Source of the DNA: Cyanophyceae cyanobacterium
Lineage (GTDB): Bacteria > Cyanobacteriota > Cyanobacteriia > Cyanobacteriales > JBHJGN01
Assembly (NCBI GenBank): GCA_050331735.1
Contig: JBHJGN010000023.1
Location: 32,001 to 96,000, forward strand
Direction: 5' to 3'
Length of the DNA stretch: 64,000 nt
The translations under genes were made by a program, and so were the position numbers. Of the stretch, positions 62,620-64,000 are shown piece by piece. How positions within the stretch are numbered: position 1 is the stretch's first letter; each line of letters opens with the position of its first letter. The notes under the pieces are model-generated. The model was given only the letters and a program-made list of their open reading frames with translations. It was not told where the DNA came from and did no database searches.

Positions 62620-63732
62620 TCAGCGGCGAGCTAAACTGCCGTCTTGATTGACTACTTGTTCGTAGAGCTGATAGGTTTTGCCAAACATCTGTTGGAAGGT
62701 AAATTCTGTTTCGTATTTGTGCCGTCCAGCATCGCCTAGCTGGCGGCGTAGTCTTGGCTCATCGATTAATCGGGCTAGTCGGTTGCGGAGCGTCTCAACA
62801 TCGCCACAGGGAACGCAGTAGCCCGTTACGCCGTCAACAACCGCTTCGGCAACACCGCCGATGTCGGAGGCGACAACGGGTAGTCCGGCTCGCATGGCTT
62901 CAACAATGGTGTAGGGAAATCCTTCCCAGTGGGAGATGAGCGCGAAAATTTGGGCGTGGGCGAGCAGTTGAGCCACGTCAGGACGGTAGCCGAGCAACTC
63001 GACGCGATCGCTCAACCGCCAGCTCTCAACTAAAGCCTGCACTGCTGCTAAATTGGGTCCATCGCCGATGAGCTGAAGCTTGACGTTTGGGAGCGGTTGA
63101 ACGGCCTTGAGTAAGGTCAAGTGGTCTTTTTGCCGATCGAAACGAGCCACCATCACAATCGTCACGGAGGGAGTATCCGGGGTCGCTCGGTCCTGATGAG
63201 GAATATCGGCCATGCCGTTGTGAATCGTAACTAGCTTAGCCGGATTCATCCCGGCGGCGATGCCAATCTGGCGATCGCGTTCTGAAACGCAAATCACTCG
63301 ACTAGCGAGAGGAGCGACAAGCTGCTCTAGTCTCCGGTAGATTGTTCTTTGGGGTTCCGGTACGCCTTCGGTAAAGGCCCACCCGTGGGCCGTAAAAACA
63401 CAGGGCGTGTTCGTGACCCGGCAGGCGATCCGCCCAATAATTCCGGCTTTGCTGGAGTGAGTACAGACTAAATCGGGCTGAGAATGTCGCATGACGGCGA
63501 CTAGCTGATTAAGAGTTTGCCAATCCTGAATTGGTTTAATCGGCTTTTGTAGAGTTGGGCAAGGAGAATTAGGAACATTGTGCTGGGAAAGAGCGTCGCT
63601 ATATGGCCCCCTGGCACCCGTAATGACCTGTACCTGATGCCCAGCTTGGCAAAGATACCGAGCTAAATCTCTGACATGGACTTGAGCGCCACCAACGGTG
63701 TCGGCTCTCGTAATCAGAAAGAGAATCTTCAT
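62620..63732 (-). CDS. GT4 glycosyltransferase
   Basis: GGAQ, HSSKAG, TAHGW, QKD, EGFPYTIVEAM. Confidence 0.92.
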   Translation of the reverse strand: MKILFLITRADTVGGAQVHVRDLARYLCQAGHQVQVITGARGPYSDALSQHNVPNSPCPTLQKPIKPIQDWQTLNQLVAVMRHSQPDLVCTHSSKAGIIGRIACRVTNTPCVFTAHGWAFTEGVPEPQRTIYRRLEQLVAPLASRVICVSERDRQIGIAAGMNPAKLVTIHNGMADIPHQDRATPDTPSVTIVMVARFDRQKDHLTLLKAVQPLPNVKLQLIGDGPNLAAVQALVESWRLSDRVELLGYRPDVAQLLAHAQIFALISHWEGFPYTIVEAMRAGLPVVASDIGGVAEAVVDGVTGYCVPCGDVETLRNRLARLIDEPRLRRQLGDAGRHKYETEFTFQQMFGKTYQLYEQVVNQDGSLARR

Positions 63733-63748
63733 TGTGAAGCGCGAGCCT

Positions 63749-64000
63749 TTAGTAAATATTCATCTGCTGATCTGCCAGTTGCTGCCGTCTGATGCTTTTT
63801 ACCCACGCTACCCACGCCCGGTAATAGGAGCTGTTTCTCAAAATCACCGCAAAAATTAAGACAACAAACAGAAAGTAATTTGTCCGATACCGAATGGCAG
63901 AACCCGGATTAATCACGCCCGTCGGATAAGTCACAAACATTAACCACAGCAGCCCCGATATACCAATGGCGTATCTTTCTAGCGGAATTTTCGAGACGCG
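63749..64000 (-). CDS. Membrane protein C-terminus, possibly a Wzy-like polymerase (5' end outside window)
   Basis: Frame open to the window edge; hydrophobic, N.GSAIRYR motif; directly upstream of a GT4. Confidence 0.5.
   Translation of the reverse strand, partial: RVSKIPLERYAIGISGLLWLMFVTYPTGVINPGSAIRYRTNYFLFVVLIFAVILRNSSYYRAWVAWVKSIRRQQLADQQMNIY

Overview
Chromosomal window from a cyanobacterium: photosynthesis genes (btpA, psaX, petH, prk, ndhH, ftsH2, hemH with CAB tail) and more than 40 HIP1 octamers (GCGATCGC) by eye. Most of it is core housekeeping. The right end (55.5-64 kb) is a surface-polysaccharide cluster. Features missed by the ORF track are psaX (11292-11432), a probable 6S RNA (about 17585-17745) and a perfect NtcA box upstream of amt1. 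I saw no tRNA, rRNA, CRISPR array, transposase or integrase. The most unusual signals are: (1) about 18 tiny hairpin cassettes (GNNNC-N3/4-GNNNC) with seven different but still paired stems, set in GGGGAAA-type repeats, nested in one another and extending gene C-termini; (2) an AT-rich, decayed PrlF/YhaV-like toxin-antitoxin island with a phased operator-like array; (3) a YdcF-GT4-STELLO cassette in opposite orientation inside the glycan cluster; (4) an FHA + MshEN-like fusion protein. Gene calls come from recognising motifs by eye; no searches were run. I cannot show that any of these is a genuinely new system.
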